Assembly (NCBI GenBank): GCA_002104905.1
Contig: MCFE01000440.1
Location: forward strand, 10,275 to 74,274
Reading direction: 5' to 3'
Length of the DNA stretch: 64,000 nt
Source: Basidiobolus meristosporus CBS 931.73
Lineage: Eukaryota > Fungi > Basidiobolomycota
Position 1 is the stretch's first letter; every line of letters begins with the position of its first letter. This document shows, piece after piece, positions 48,701-60,924 of this stretch. The notes beneath the pieces are model-generated. The model was not told the DNA's origin. It was given only the letters and a program-made list of their open reading frames with translations, and made no database searches. A program made the position numbers and the translations under genes.

Positions 48701-49647
48701 TAGAAACATTGGAAGAGACTAAATCCAGCCTATCTAAGGAGTTCAAGATGTCCGATCTAGGAGAACTCAGTTACTACTTAGGGATTAAGTTCTCCATAGA
48801 CAGAAGTACCCAGACTATTACCCTAAGCCAATCCAAGTATATTCAAGATATACTAAAGAAGTACAAAATGGAAGACTGTAAACCGGCAGCTACCCCAATG
48901 GAGACAAACCTTAACTTGGCCAAAACTCAACCAAATCAGGAGAGCTTGGTGCCATCTGAAAGCCCTGACTTTCCTTATCAATCTATGGTCGGCAGTCTGA
49001 TGTATATCATGCTTGGAACACGTCCAGATATCTCATATTCAGTGGGAGTTGTCAGCCAGCATAATCAGAACTATGGATCTGATCATATTGCAGCAGTTAA
49101 GCGGATTTTTAGATACCTAAAAGGAACTGCTGATATCTGCTTAAGATACACTTATAAGGACCCAGAACAAGATCTTGTGGGATACTCTGATGCAGATTGG
49201 GGACGAAATTTAGAAGACAGAAGATCCACCACAGGATACACCTTTCTTTACTGTCAAGGAGCAATTTCATGGAACTCAAGAAAGCAACCAACCGTAGCAC
49301 TTTCTACCACAGAGGCAGAGTACATGGCAGCCTGTGAAGCTACAAAAGAAGCAATGTGGCTAAGAAAGCTGTTTACAGATTTAGGTCAATGTCAAAAAAC
49401 GCCTATTACTTTATTTCAAGATAATCAAGGATGTATACAATTAGGTAGAAATCCAACTTTTCATGCTAGAACCAAGCACATAGATATTAGACATCATTTC
49501 ATACGTGAAGCTATAGAGAATAACTTAGTTAGCTTAGTTTACTGTCCTACAGATGAAATGATTGCAGACATATTTACCAAACCATTAGCTAGAGACAAGT
49601 TTGAATATCTTAGGTCAAAATTAGGACTAGTCAGTATGAACATTTAG
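45703..49647 (+). CDS. Copia Gag-Pol polyprotein, 1314 aa, single ORF
   Basis: CCHC knuckle CNYCKRKGHTSDRC, protease WYIDSGAS, HHCC WHRRFGH...CEAC, integrase HSDLCGP/RSDNGGEY/NGVAER, RT LYVDDL, RNase H YSDAD/TEAEY/DNQ/ADIFTK. IN-RT-RH order is copia-type. Confidence 0.97.
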   Translation: MSTTAITGIFPSAEKLDGSNYQVSKVKMKMLLQERGLWDIVMGEECPPKNVGEEALKYQKKEQSAFNCICLNVKDKLLIQCSRAKTAKNAWKALEDTYQSCSAAKKMYLRRKFFTTKMLPGEEMKNLINRITLLVDEMESVGVPTTDEDVIVTILNSLTDEFQGLVSALESRTEDLTLNYVYGRLLDEELRKSSANKKEEENALISNDNQQRRYPRPYKGNSNLFCNYCKRKGHTSDRCFKKRDYQQKKPEYGNAATTEDRLFISALNMTTNKDSQTWYIDSGASQHFTHQKELFTQYQEIPIKKVFMGDDRTLDAVGEGTIQVNLRSSEGSHTLTFKEVLYVPEIAKNLLSVSKATAEGLSFSFDNSGCRITDQNGAHIASGIRDQNLYKLTYIPSYLEANISNLNEETPMLWHRRFGHINFDYLRKMIKDQLISGVKIDPPANLEHCEACIYGKQARQPFKSSGLIKTKKKLDLIHSDLCGPMQNLSLGGMKYLITFIDDYTRYTWVYFMERKEEALSKLREFKAMVERETGEKIKKIRSDNGGEYTSKLFIHFCKIHGIKQETTVPYSPQQNGVAERANRSIIDMARSMIHDQKLSYDFWAESVATAVYLKNRSYNRILRDSTPFEAWYGYRPSAEHLRIFGCTAYAKKLAGNQSKFEPKSVKCIFLGYCNESKAYRLYNTEAKKLIKSRDVLFDENSKFSQKMTSDDDKNLISSPPIVRIESEQNNENFFTPEDSTTVVQPESVPRNIPEVIIPVSNARRSNRTRNSPNYYINEGTNLAYAYSVHIDEPQTVKEALNSPQTKFWRSAMTEEYQALMENQTWDLVKLPINRKSIGCRWVFKTKYKADGTIERYKARLVAKGYSQTKGLDYTETFAPVAKFNSIRLILAIAAKYKFFIHQMDVKTAFLNGELDEDVYMDQPDGFVDQDNPHLVCKLKKSLYGLKQSPRAWNCKIDSYLESLSFKRSNADYSIYYKPDRANPVLLALYVDDLIIATNNLETLEETKSSLSKEFKMSDLGELSYYLGIKFSIDRSTQTITLSQSKYIQDILKKYKMEDCKPAATPMETNLNLAKTQPNQESLVPSESPDFPYQSMVGSLMYIMLGTRPDISYSVGVVSQHNQNYGSDHIAAVKRIFRYLKGTADICLRYTYKDPEQDLVGYSDADWGRNLEDRRSTTGYTFLYCQGAISWNSRKQPTVALSTTEAEYMAACEATKEAMWLRKLFTDLGQCQKTPITLFQDNQGCIQLGRNPTFHARTKHIDIRHHFIREAIENNLVSLVYCPTDEMIADIFTKPLARDKFEYLRSKLGLVSMNI

Positions 49648-51364
49648 CTGAGTGGGAGTGTTGTAAAAATTCGTAATTCCACCTAAATATTCACCTAACT
49701 TAGTCACTTAGATCATTTCCCTCAAATTCTAGAGAATACTGACCAAATTCCTTGTCGGGATTTACTTAGAATATTTTCACCAAAATACCAGGTACCCAGA
49801 ACATGAAAATTCTCAAAGTTGTCCAAACAGCCCCAAACTTTGCACACATGTTCTTGGGACCTTCCTTAACCTATTCTACGTGTTTGTTATGCCAAGACCA
49901 TGTAAAAGTATAAATACTACTTTTACATTCAATAAATCATTAAGTGAAAACCACATAATCTACTTGTTCTCCCAATCACTTCCAATATCTCCAAGACTCT
50001 TACAACAGTATATATATGTGCTTAGCTCTGGCATGATAAGTAGGATCCCTAGTTAATGATATACAGCCTTATTATCTTTGTAAATACATGTTGGTTCATC
50101 TAAATTAAAGCCGGAGTCTTTGAATAACATCTGTGGCCATATAGTCTCCTTAGTTGCTTGGCAAGCAGCCATATATTCAGCTTCCAATGCCAATAGGGCC
50201 ACAGTTGGTTATTTCTTGCAACTCCAAGTAATAGCTGCACCAGCATAAAGATTCCATACCCAGTGATAGAGCATCTGTCAATTAGATCTTTACCCCAATC
50301 TGAATCACTATAACCATCAAATCTTAGCCCATTAGCTGCTCCAGAGTATTCCAGTACCATGTTTATGGTACCCTGTAGATTTCTGAAAATCCGCTTAACT
50401 GCTGTAATTTGATCTGATCAATTATTCTGCAAGAACTGACTGACTATTCCAACTGCCACTGCAATATCTGGACATGTAGACACCATTAGGTACATCAAGC
50501 TCCCAACCATTGATTGATAGGGAAAGTTTTGGTCCATAATTAAGCTGTTTTCACCTAAGACTGGCTGAGATTTGCTTGATATTAGATTATTGTCCATAGG
50601 GGTAGCTGCAGGCTTGCAACTTTCCATTTTTAAGCTTCTAAGAATGCCCCTGATGTACTTAAACTAATTTAACACAATCTTCTGTGTATGTATGTCAGAT
50701 TTTACTGCAATTCCAAGAAAATAGCTCAATTTTCCATGATCTTTCATCTCAAACTTGCTGAAGAGATCTGATTTTGTCTGTTTAAGTGCATCCTGGTCAA
50801 TTGTAGCTTTTATTAGGCTATCCACATAAAGAACTCAAATGATCTCACCATTTTGAGCTGTTTCATATATATACTGTGATCTGCAGTGCTACATATGAGC
50901 CCAATCCCCTCTAGATATGTGTCATTCCTGTTATACCATGCTCTAGACACCTGCTTAAGCCAATACAACAATTTCCAGAGTCTGCACACCTTATTTGGGT
51001 TGTTGGATTGGTATATCCTTCTAGTTGCTCCATATATAGTGTCTTACAAATCCCCATTTAGTAAGGCTGTTTTAATGTCCATTTAGTGTAGATCTAGACT
51101 GCATACAGCTGCCAGGGTGAGAACTGTCCTAATGGCGTTAGACTTGGTAACCAGAGCAAATGCACCCTTTAAGTCTAGTCTCTGGATCTGGGAATATCCT
51201 TGAGCCACCAATCTAGCCTTGTATTTATCAATGGTGCCATTTGAGGTTATCTTGATCTTGTAGACCCATCTACATCCTATTGGCTTTCTCCCATTTGGTA
51301 AATCTACCAGTTTCCATGTTTTACCTTGATTGGTAATTGGTGCTCCTCCTGCATGGCTTGTTGC

Positions 51365-54300
51365 TGGGACAAGTCTTGATATAAGAGTTGTACAGGAATA
51401 GTGAGTTAAGCTAGTTTTGTGTCCACTAAAGCTTGAACTGATTTTTGTTCCAGCAGCTTCTTATGTACATTTTGCCAGATCAATTGCTGACTAATTGCAT
51501 TTCCTAATGTAGGCTGTGGCTGACGACTCATTTGATTGCATCATATTCACCCAATGAGATCCTACTTGATATGTCTACTTCTGTCCAATAAGGTTTTTCT
51601 GATTTATTTGCTGACTAATGCTACTGCTTTGATAGATAACACTTATATACTGCTAGGCTAAACATAAGACTAATTGACTTTACTAAAAGCTGATCTAACT
51701 TAAACATTCAAGTGGCAGATCATAACATTCTCCCCTACTAAAGCTGGGTAGGTTCTCCTGAATTTCTTTTCTTGTGATATCAATATCTTGATGGTTCAGT
51801 ATTATCAGCAAGTCTTGCAAGCTTGAGTCTGTCCTATGAACTACGTCTTCCCAGATATTGCCTTGTTTGTCCACCAGTTGGAAAGTTGCAAATGGACATT
51901 CTTTGATGATTTTGAATGGCCCTCTCCAATGTGGCTCAAACTTCTTCCAAGTGCTGTTTCTTAGCAATACAAAGTTCCCAACTGTCAATACTTCTGTGCT
52001 ATAGTCTAATCAAATCTCTGCTTCATCTTTTCTGCATTTTGAGATACTTTAGCCTGTGCCTCTTGACATCTTTGCCCCAGCTGCTGGTGTCTGCCAGGTT
52101 GACTAAGCTCATCTTTAAGGTGCCTGTAAGCATTGGTTGTGTGAGACCTCTTGGAATCCTTGGTTCACATTGATACACTAAGTAAATTGACAACTGTAGG
52201 GTGGTGTTGTGCACTCTGACTCTACAGGCAAAAAGTGCTTGGTATATATACTCATCCCATCTACTAGCAGCTCCATTTGCATACTTGGTCAGCATTTTTC
52301 CAAATAATCCATTGAACTGTTCAGTGACTCCATTAGTAATGGGGTGATATACTGAGGTTTCAGGTGTTTGATCTGCTGCATTTTCAGTTAAGCTTCCAAT
52401 GTCTTTGAAATAAAGTTTGCTCCTCTATTGGATAAGATCGCCACATGGCATCCAAACTTCATCAGGATCTCATGGTAGATGGAACTTGCAACTGCTTGCT
52501 CACTGACTTTAGGTACAGCTTTAGTAACTGGACATTTAGTGGCATGGTCTGTTGTTACTAAGATCCAATGGTGACATTTCCTGGAGGTTGGCAGTCTTCC
52601 AATGTAGTCAATACCCCATCTCTCAAATGGTCTTACAGGCTCCAGAGGAAAGAGTTTGGCAATTTTTTGTGGCTGACCTTAATTGATTTGGCAGTTTGGG
52701 CAGGTTTTCACTAGCCTCTCAATTTCTTGTTTCATTCTGGGCCACCATGCTCTGGCTTTCACAAGACTATAGGTTCCTTCAATCCTAAGATGACCATATC
52801 AATTGTGTATATTATTTATTAAATCCAGACAAGTAGCATAAGGTAAATAGGCAATAGGGCTTCTATCAACAATTTGGTAGAGTGTTTCATCCTGTACTAC
52901 AATATTTGATGACTTCATCCCAAATTATCTTCTTGATATCTTCATCCACTTCATTACAAATGGCTTGGTCCTCCAAGTACTTTGGTAATAAGCTATGCCT
53001 ATCTGATTCAGGCACTAAGTTGAGTTGTGTCACTTGTTCTAGTCTTGACACAGCATCAGCAACCATGTTGCTTTTTCCAGGGTAGTAGACAATCTCCAAA
53101 TCAAATTGCTGGATGTATTCACTCCATCTTGTCATTCTTCTGGATAGTACCTTCTGAGTAAATATGTACTTAAGGGAGGTGTCATCAGTCTTCACAGTGC
53201 ATTTTACTCCTTTAATATAGCATCTCCATGTCTTCAAGCAGTGTATTATAGTAAGCAACTGCTTCTCATACTCCAAAAAGTATTGTTCTGCTGAGTACAG
53301 TTTCTTGGATTCAAAGGCAACTGGGTGGTTCTTTCCCTTGTGTTCTTGGCTCAGCACTTCACCAATTGCATAGTCTGAAGTATCTGTGCACAGAGTAAAC
53401 TCTTTTCTGAAGTTTGGGATTCTAAAGCTTGGCAGCTTAGCAAGTTCATTCTTGAGTGTCTGAAAGGCAGTCTCACAGGCTATGTCCCACTTAATGGTCG
53501 TGTCTTTCTTGAGAATATCAGTTAAGGGGGCTTCAACACTTGCAAAGGACCTGACAAATATCCAATAATAGGAAACCATTCCAAGGAATGATCTGAGCTC
53601 TGATATGCAATGGGGCTGCTTCAGATTCTTGATGACTTCAACCTTCTTGGGATCTAAGGTCACACCTGTACTAGTCACTCTGAGTCCCAGGAATTCAATA
53701 TGTTCCTTCAAGAAGTCACACTTTGCTAGCTTGCTCTCTCTTATCTTCTTCAAGACCTTTTCAATGTGTGCCAAGTGTTCCTCTTCTCTCTTGCTGTATA
53801 TGAATATGTCATCTAGGTAAATTACCACAAACATGTCTAAGTATTCCTGGAAGACTGTTTGCATCAAGATCATGAATGTTACAGGGGCATTGGTGAGGCC
53901 AAAGCTCATGACTAAGTACTTGCAATGACCATGTTTGGTCCTGAATGCTGTCTTACCAATGTCTTCTGGTTTCATCCTAATCTGGTTGTATACCGACGTG
54001 AGGTCAATTGTGCTGAATATAATGGCTCCACTAAATTGGTCCAAAAGCTCATTAATCCAAAATATGGGGTACTGATTCTTCACATCAACTGAGCTGAGGG
54101 CACTGTCCTAAGTGTTACGTCCTTCTTTTTCACAAAAAGTACTGGTGCTCCCCAAGGTGACTTGCTGGGTCTGATATATCCTTGCTCCAACAACTGACCT
54201 ATTTGTCTCTTCATCTCTTATAACTCCAATGCACTCACTCTGTAAGGTGTCATACTCACTGGAGGGCTATCTCCTGTGCAAATGGCATGATCCATGTCTC

Positions 54301-55637
54301 TGACTGGCGCAAGGCTTACAAGACCATCTGGAAACACGTCCAAATACTTCTTCAAGAGAGTCTGTTAAAGGTTCTTGATGGCTGGTGTCCATTTCTTCTC
54401 TGAGGGAAGTACTTTGCAGTATGTTCCTGCTGGTGGCACTTAAAACAAAGTCCTTTCTTCCTACGTTCCTCTGAGGTAGGATTCTTCTGCATAGCTTCTA
54501 TTTCCATTGGTACTGCTTTGGATTATATTCTTTATTAGTGATTGTAGCCTCTCTGATTAGTCATTGTGGGCTTCCCAACTCCAAACATTGCTGAGTCATA
54601 GTCAATGGCAATCTTGATGGTCTCTTCAACAGCTTGAGGTCTTCAATAATTCACTTCCTTACATGTTCTTTGTTTCAACCCATCAATAAAGTATTCAACT
54701 TGATCCAGATGGTCCATTCTTTCAATTTATCCAAGTAGACATCTATATTCATAGATATACTCTTGAACCATTCCTTTCTTTCTGAGTGTCTTCAATTTTC
54801 ATCTTGGTGGTGTCTGTTGGTGTGGGGGTTCAAAAGCATCCAAAATCTTGAACAAAAATTCATCCCAGGTAGTGATTGTAGAGCATCCCATCATTGCGGC
54901 TGAACTGATTGTGTTGTAGTACCACTGTAAAGCCGCATCTGCCAGGTAAGAGGCTGCATAATGTAACTTCCTTTCTGGAGCATTTCCTTAGCCTTGAAAG
55001 CTTCTTCAATCTAGAAGAGCCAGGTTCCCAGGTTTTCATTGACTCTAACATGATACTAATTGACCTTTGCACTACAGTTGCTCTTGACAGGGTTTTGCTG
55101 GCTTTGGGCCATGGTAGTTATCCCTTGTTGCCACTGGCTAAGAATCTGGAGTACTGTTGCTGTTGGGCCAGGATTTGCTGCATGGCATTTTTCCATTATT
55201 GATTCTCTGACATCATAAGGGAGGCTTCTGCTTTCTTTAGGAGGGATCTTTGTGGTCATTGCTGCTACTAGTGATAAAGTCTAGATATAAGAGTTGTAGA
55301 GGAATAGGAAGCTTAGCTGGTATTGTATTCACTAAAGCTTGAACTGGTTTTATTGAGGGTCCAGCAGCTCCTTATATATATTTGCCAGATCACTTACTGA
55401 CTAATTCAATTTACTGATGTAGGCTGTGGCTGATGACTCACTTGATTACATCATCATCACCCAATAAAATGCTACTTAATATATCTACATCTGTCTGATC
55501 AGGATCTACTGATTTATTTGCTGACTAATGCTACTGATTTGATAGATAACACTGATATACTGCTAGGCTAAACATAAGACTAATTGATTTTACTAAAAGC
55601 TGATCTAACTTGAACAATCAAGTGGCAGATCATAACA
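51365..55637 (-). mobile_element. Decayed Ty3/gypsy element G2 (LTRs 51365-51727 and ~55272-55637), TSD TTGC
   Basis: LTR pair, purine tract AGTAGGGGAGAA before the 3' LTR, RT/RH ORF, integrase fragments (GIDYIG, KFEPHWRGPF). TTGC at 51361-51364 and 55638-55641 rejoins the B0 sequence. Confidence 0.9.
52887..54083 (-). pseudogene. G2 reverse transcriptase-RNase H segment
   Basis: FSTIDL...KTAFRT...FGLTNAP...YLDDI, then LCTDTSDYAIG and KTDDTSLKY. Neighbouring domains are broken by stops and frameshifts. Confidence 0.9.
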
Positions 55638-56240
55638 TTGCCACATAATAGCATCTAGACCTTGCATTGTCTGTTCTACATACTGCGGTTTGGCACATGG
55701 TTTGGCACATAAGGCAAGATATGCTTCTTCATGATGATTAGATGTCTGCCACCAGGATCCAGGGGCATTTCTTAATCCAGTAGGTATTCTAACTGGGATA
55801 ATCTGCTCTGATATGGAGCTGATATAATTATCTTCCAAATCTGGCTGAATAAGGGTATGTATCTTCTTCATTAGTGTTGGTTGCATCATCAGGCAGCTGG
55901 CCAATGATATCAATGGCTTTCGGTTATGAATTCTTCTCATATACAACATCCCACCCTTGATCAGCTTCTGATTTTTGTTGTCACACACTCTACGCCCTTG
56001 AGAATCCTCCCAATACCCAAGAAAGATTCTTTTTCTACTCTTTAGTTTCAGCTTTGAGTGTTTTTTGTCAGGAATGTGATAAAAGACACCACTGCCAAAG
56101 ATCCTGAGGTGCCAAAGGTCTAGATTGATGGCTGTATATGCTTCAAAGGGTGAAGAATCATGTGGTGCTGTTATTTGGCATCTATTCTTAAGTAATGCTG
56201 TGGTAGCAATGGATTCAGCCCAAAACCTGTGGTCCATTTC

Positions 56241-59200
56241 TGTTGAAATATTGGACTATTTGGTATCATTCAGCAGCTAAAAATTTACTTAACAATCCTA
56301 GGCTAGTCTTAGTCACTGTAGGACTCATTTACTGCCTTAACTTCGCCACTTTCTCCAGATATATGATCTTATGATTATTCCCCTATAGTCAGGATCAAAT
56401 TAGCACTATTACCAAACATTATGTACTAACCCTGAAACTGTTACAGAATGCTCCTGAATATTGAGAAACCCTCCCTACTTAGTGTTGCAGCTGTATTACT
56501 TCTACAAAGGTATAAATACTGAGCTTCTTTATGAATAAACAACAGTTCAACTATTATCACTATTTCTTGATAAGTTCCTTATATCCAAATCACTTCTTAA
56601 ATTGCAACAGGTTATGAGCCCCAATTGCCTCAATCTATTCTAAAGATGACTTCTACCAGCAAACAAAGCAATACCAACATCTTCCCTGTAAAGGAGAGGT
56701 TTGATGGGAAGAACTACAGACTTTGGAGAATCAAGATGCAGATCCACCTTGAGGAAAGAAAGCTTTGGAACATAGTAACAGGAAAGGAAGTTGAGCCCAA
56801 AGGAACAGCAGAAGATGTGGAGAAATTTCAAGAGAAGGAGAGAAAGGCCTTCATGCAATATGCATCAATGTGCAAGACTCCTTCATTGGACAAATCCATG
56901 CCTCAAATACTGCCAAAGCAGCATGGGAATCCTTGGAGAAGATCTTTAGAGCAAAGTCAGAATCAAGCAAGCTTTATTTGAAACAAAAGTTCTTCAACAT
57001 GAGAAAAAAGCCAGATGATGACATGCTACAACTCATTACCAGAATGGAGACACTTGCAGAAGAACTTTACAGTATTAATGCTGGTGTAGATGATGAAGAA
57101 AAGATACTCTGTCTGCTTTGCAGCCTACCAGACGAGTATGAGCCACTTGTACTTTCTTTTGAAAGCAGAGAAGACAACTTGACTTTAGACTATGTCAAAG
57201 GAAGACTTCTCCATGAAGAACTCAGACGTAATGATCAAGCAGAGAAAATTGAAGATAATGCTTTATTCAGCTCAGAAAGGCATACAGAAAAGAAGGGAAA
57301 GCAACAAAACCGAAGAAAACCTGGCTGCTGTAACTACTGTAAGAAGCCAGGACACTGGGCAAGAGAATGCAAGAAGAAACAAGCAGACGAAAAACAGAAA
57401 CTAGAGCAGGCAAACCATATAACTACTGATGAACAGCTATTTGTCACTGTACAAGAGAGTGCAAGTAACCGAAGTAATGAATGGTATATTGACTCTGGAG
57501 CATCACAGCATATTTGTGGTATAAAGGATTGGTTCAGCAACTTAAAGACTATTCCCGTAAGAAAGGTTTATCTGGGAGATAACTCTGCATTGGAAGCTAC
57601 CGCCAGTGGGTCTATACAACTAAATATGAGTGATAACTCAGGGGCAACAACAGCAAAACTGACTGACGTACTCTATGTACCTGGAATAGCTAAGAACCTA
57701 CTCTCAGTCAGTAAAGCAACTACTCAGGGACTGAAATTTGTTTTTACTAAGCTGAGCTGCTCAATATTGAGTGAAAATGGACAAAAATTAGCTTCGGGAA
57801 TCAGAGATCACAATATATACAAGTTACAATGCAAGATCATTGTACCTCAGTATGTCAACATTGCTGAAACTGATGAAACCAACTGGGAGACGTGGCATAG
57901 GAGGCTAGGACACATAGGGGAACAGAAAATGAGCCAATTGGTGAAAAATCAGCTTGTTTTGGGCCTAAAATACTCAATTCCAATCAAATTGAATGTTTGT
58001 AAGGGATGTTCATATGGTAAACAAGCTAGGCAACGTTTCAAGAGCTCAAAAGGCATCAATACCACCGAAATATTGGCTATTGTACACTCAGACATATGTG
58101 GCCCCATGAGAACACTGTCCTTTGGAGCCAAGAGATACTTTATGACGTTTATTGATGACAAGACAAGATATACATGGGTGTACTTTCTCAAAACAAAGGA
58201 TGAAGCTTTAGAGACGTTTAAGCACTTCAAGAACATGGCAGAAACACAAACTGGGTGTAAATTGAAGGTACTACAAAGTGACAATGGAGGAGAATACTGC
58301 TCAAAGGAGTTTGCAAAATACTGCTTGTCTACTGGTATACTTCAACAGACCACAGTTCCTCATACTCCACAGCAAAATGGAGTAGCAGAATGTGCAAATA
58401 GAACAATAGTAGAGATGGGAAGATCTATGCTACATGATAAGGGAATGGACTACAAGTTTTGGGCTGAATCTGTTGCTACCGCTGTATACATCAAGAACAG
58501 ATGCCCAACAACAGCACTACGTGATTCTACACCCTTTGAAGCATATACAGGCAAAAAACCAGATCTCCAGCACCTCAGGATCTTTGGCAGTGATGTTTTT
58601 TATCACATCCCTGACAAAAAACGCTCAAAGTTGGAACCAAAGAGTAGAAAAGGGATCTTTCTTGGGTATTGTGAAGATACTAAAGGGTATAGAGTGTATG
58701 ATGGCAAAATTCAGAAGCTGATCAAGAGCAGGGACATTGTATTTGAGGAGAATTCAGATCAGAAAGCCACAGAAATCATTGGCCAGCTGCCTGATGATGC
58801 AATCAACACAAATGAAGAAGATACGTACCAAATCCAGCCAGAGATGGAAGATACATCTACCAGTTCCAGATCAGAACAGATTATCCCAGTTAGGAGATCT
58901 ACCAGAATAAGAAATGCCCCTGGATCCTGGTGGCAGACATCCAATGATCATGAAGAAGCTTATCTTGCCTTATGTGCCGAACCTCAGAATCTGGAACAGG
59001 CAATGCAAGGTCCAGATGCCACTAAGTGGCAACAAGCCATGCAGGAGGAGTACCAATCACTAATCAAGGCAAAAACGTGGGAACTGATAGATTTACCAAA
59101 TGGGAGAAAGCCAATAGGATGTAGATGGGTCTACAAGATCAAGATAACCTCAAATGGTGCCGTTGATAAGTACAAGGCTAGATTGGTAGCTAAAGGCTAT

Positions 59201-60924
59201 TCCCAGATCCAGGGACTAGACTTTAAGGAAACATTTGCTCCAGTTGCCAAGTTTAACTCTATTAGGACAGTTCTAGCCCTGGCAGCTGTACACAGTCTAG
59301 ATCTACACCAAATGGACGTCAAAACAGCCTTTCTAAATGGGGATTTGCAAGAAACTATATATATGGAGCAACCAGAAGGTTTTACCGATCCAAAAAGCCC
59401 CCATAAGGTGTGCAAACTTAGAAAATTGTTGTATGGGCTTAAGCAGGCACCCAGAGCATGGTATAACAAGATTGACACATATCTAGAGGAAATTGGGTTC
59501 TCTCGTAGCACTGCAGATCACAGTATATATGTGAAACAGCTCAAAAAGGGTGTGATCATCCTAGTTCTTTATGTGGACGACCTAATTATAGCTACAAGTG
59601 ATCAAGAGGCACTTAAACAGACGAAATCAGATCTCTTCAGCAAGTTTGAGATGAAAGATCTTGGAAAATTGAGCTATTTTCTTGGAATTGAGGTCAAATT
59701 TGACATACCTACGCAGAAAATTGTGCTGAATCAGTCTAAGTACATCAGGGACATTCTTAGACGCTTCAAAATGGAAAATTGCAAACCTGCAGCAACCCCT
59801 ATGGACAATAACCTGAAATTAAGCAAATCTCAGCCAGTTATAGATGAAAACAGCTCAAATATGGACCAAAACTTTCCCTATCAATCAATGGTCGGTAGCC
59901 TAATGTACTTGATGGTGTCTACACGTCCAGATATTGCAGTAGCAGTTGGAATAGTCAGTCAATTCATGCAGAATTATGGATCAGATCAAATTGCAGCAGT
60001 TAAGCGAATATTCAGATATCTACAAGGTACCATAAATATGGTACTGGAATACTCTGGAGCAGCAAATAGGCGAAAATTTGATGGTTATAGTGATTCAGAT
60101 TGGGGCAGGGATTTGATTGACAGACGCTCTACCACAGGCTATGTATTTCTTTATGCTGGTGCAGCTATTACTTGGAATTGCAAGAAACAACCAAATGTGG
60201 CACTATCTACAACTGAAGCCAAATATATGGCTGCATGTCAAGCAACTAAGGAGGCTATATGGCTACGAAAATTATTCAAAGACTTAGGTTTTAATTCAGG
60301 TGAACCAACATGTATTTACAAGGATAATCAAAGTTGTATTTCATTAGCTAGAAATCCTACTAATCATGCCAGAACTAAGCACATTGATATACAGCATCAC
60401 TTTGTGAGGGAAGCTGTAGAAAATAACTTAGTAGAGCTGGTTTACTGCCCAACTGACAAGATGGTGGCAGACATATTGACAAAACCACTAGCTAGGCCAC
60501 AGTTTGAGATCCTTAGAGAGAAATTGGGATTAAGAAATTATTTAGTTGAGGGGGAGTGTTGAAATATTGGACTATTTGGTATCATTCAGCAGCTAAAATT
60601 TACTTAACAATCCTAGGCTAGTCTTAGTCACTGTAGGACTCATTTACTGCCTTAACTTTGCCACTTTCTCCAGATATATGATCTTATGATTATTCCCCTA
60701 TAGTCAGGATCAAATTAGCACTATTACCAAACATTATGTACTAACCCTGAAACTGTTACAGAATGCTCCTGAATATTGAGAAACCCTCCCTACTTAGTGT
60801 TGCAGCTGTATTACTTCTACAAAGGTATAAATACTGAGCTTCTTTATGAATAAACAACAGTTCAACTATTATCACTATTTCTTGATAAGTTCCTTATATC
60901 CAAATCACTTCTTAAATTGCAACA
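56241..60924 (+). mobile_element. Full-length Ty1/copia element B1 (LTRs 56241-56609 and 60557-60924), imperfect TSD ATTTC/AATTC
   Basis: LTRs differ by one CpG>TpG substitution and one A indel. PBS 56610-56621, PPT GAGGGGGAG. Inserted antisense in the B0 integrase. Confidence 0.97.
56646..60562 (+). pseudogene. B1 gag-pol with a 1-bp deletion near 56853 and missense hits in conserved motifs
   Basis: ORFs 56625-56981 and 56870-60562 rejoin as KAFNAICINVQDS if one A is added; B0 has TTCAATGC at the same site. GVAERANR>GVAECANR and TEAEY>TEAKY. Confidence 0.9.

Larger units (their letters stand above)
45323..50007 (+). mobile_element. Full-length Ty1/copia element A2 with identical 349-bp LTRs (45323-45671, 49659-50007), TSD GTATA
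   Basis: No LTR differences found by eye. GTATA at 45318-45322 and 50008-50012, PBS 45672-45683, PPT 49650-49658. Confidence 0.98.

Noticed and set aside
55260-55270. TAGTAGCAGC as the G2 primer-binding site
   Set aside because: It could be a decayed TGGTAGCGGC (3' end of tRNA-iMet), but two mismatches in 10 nt is too weak to call.
56625-56981. Overlap of two B1 ORFs as a programmed ribosomal frameshift
   Set aside because: It falls inside gag, has no slippery heptamer, and sister copy B0 has the extra A (TTCAATGC). It is a 1-bp deletion or a sequencing error.
60551-60562. B1 stop codon lying inside the 3' LTR
   Set aside because: Pol ORFs running across the PPT into the LTR are common in compact copia elements.
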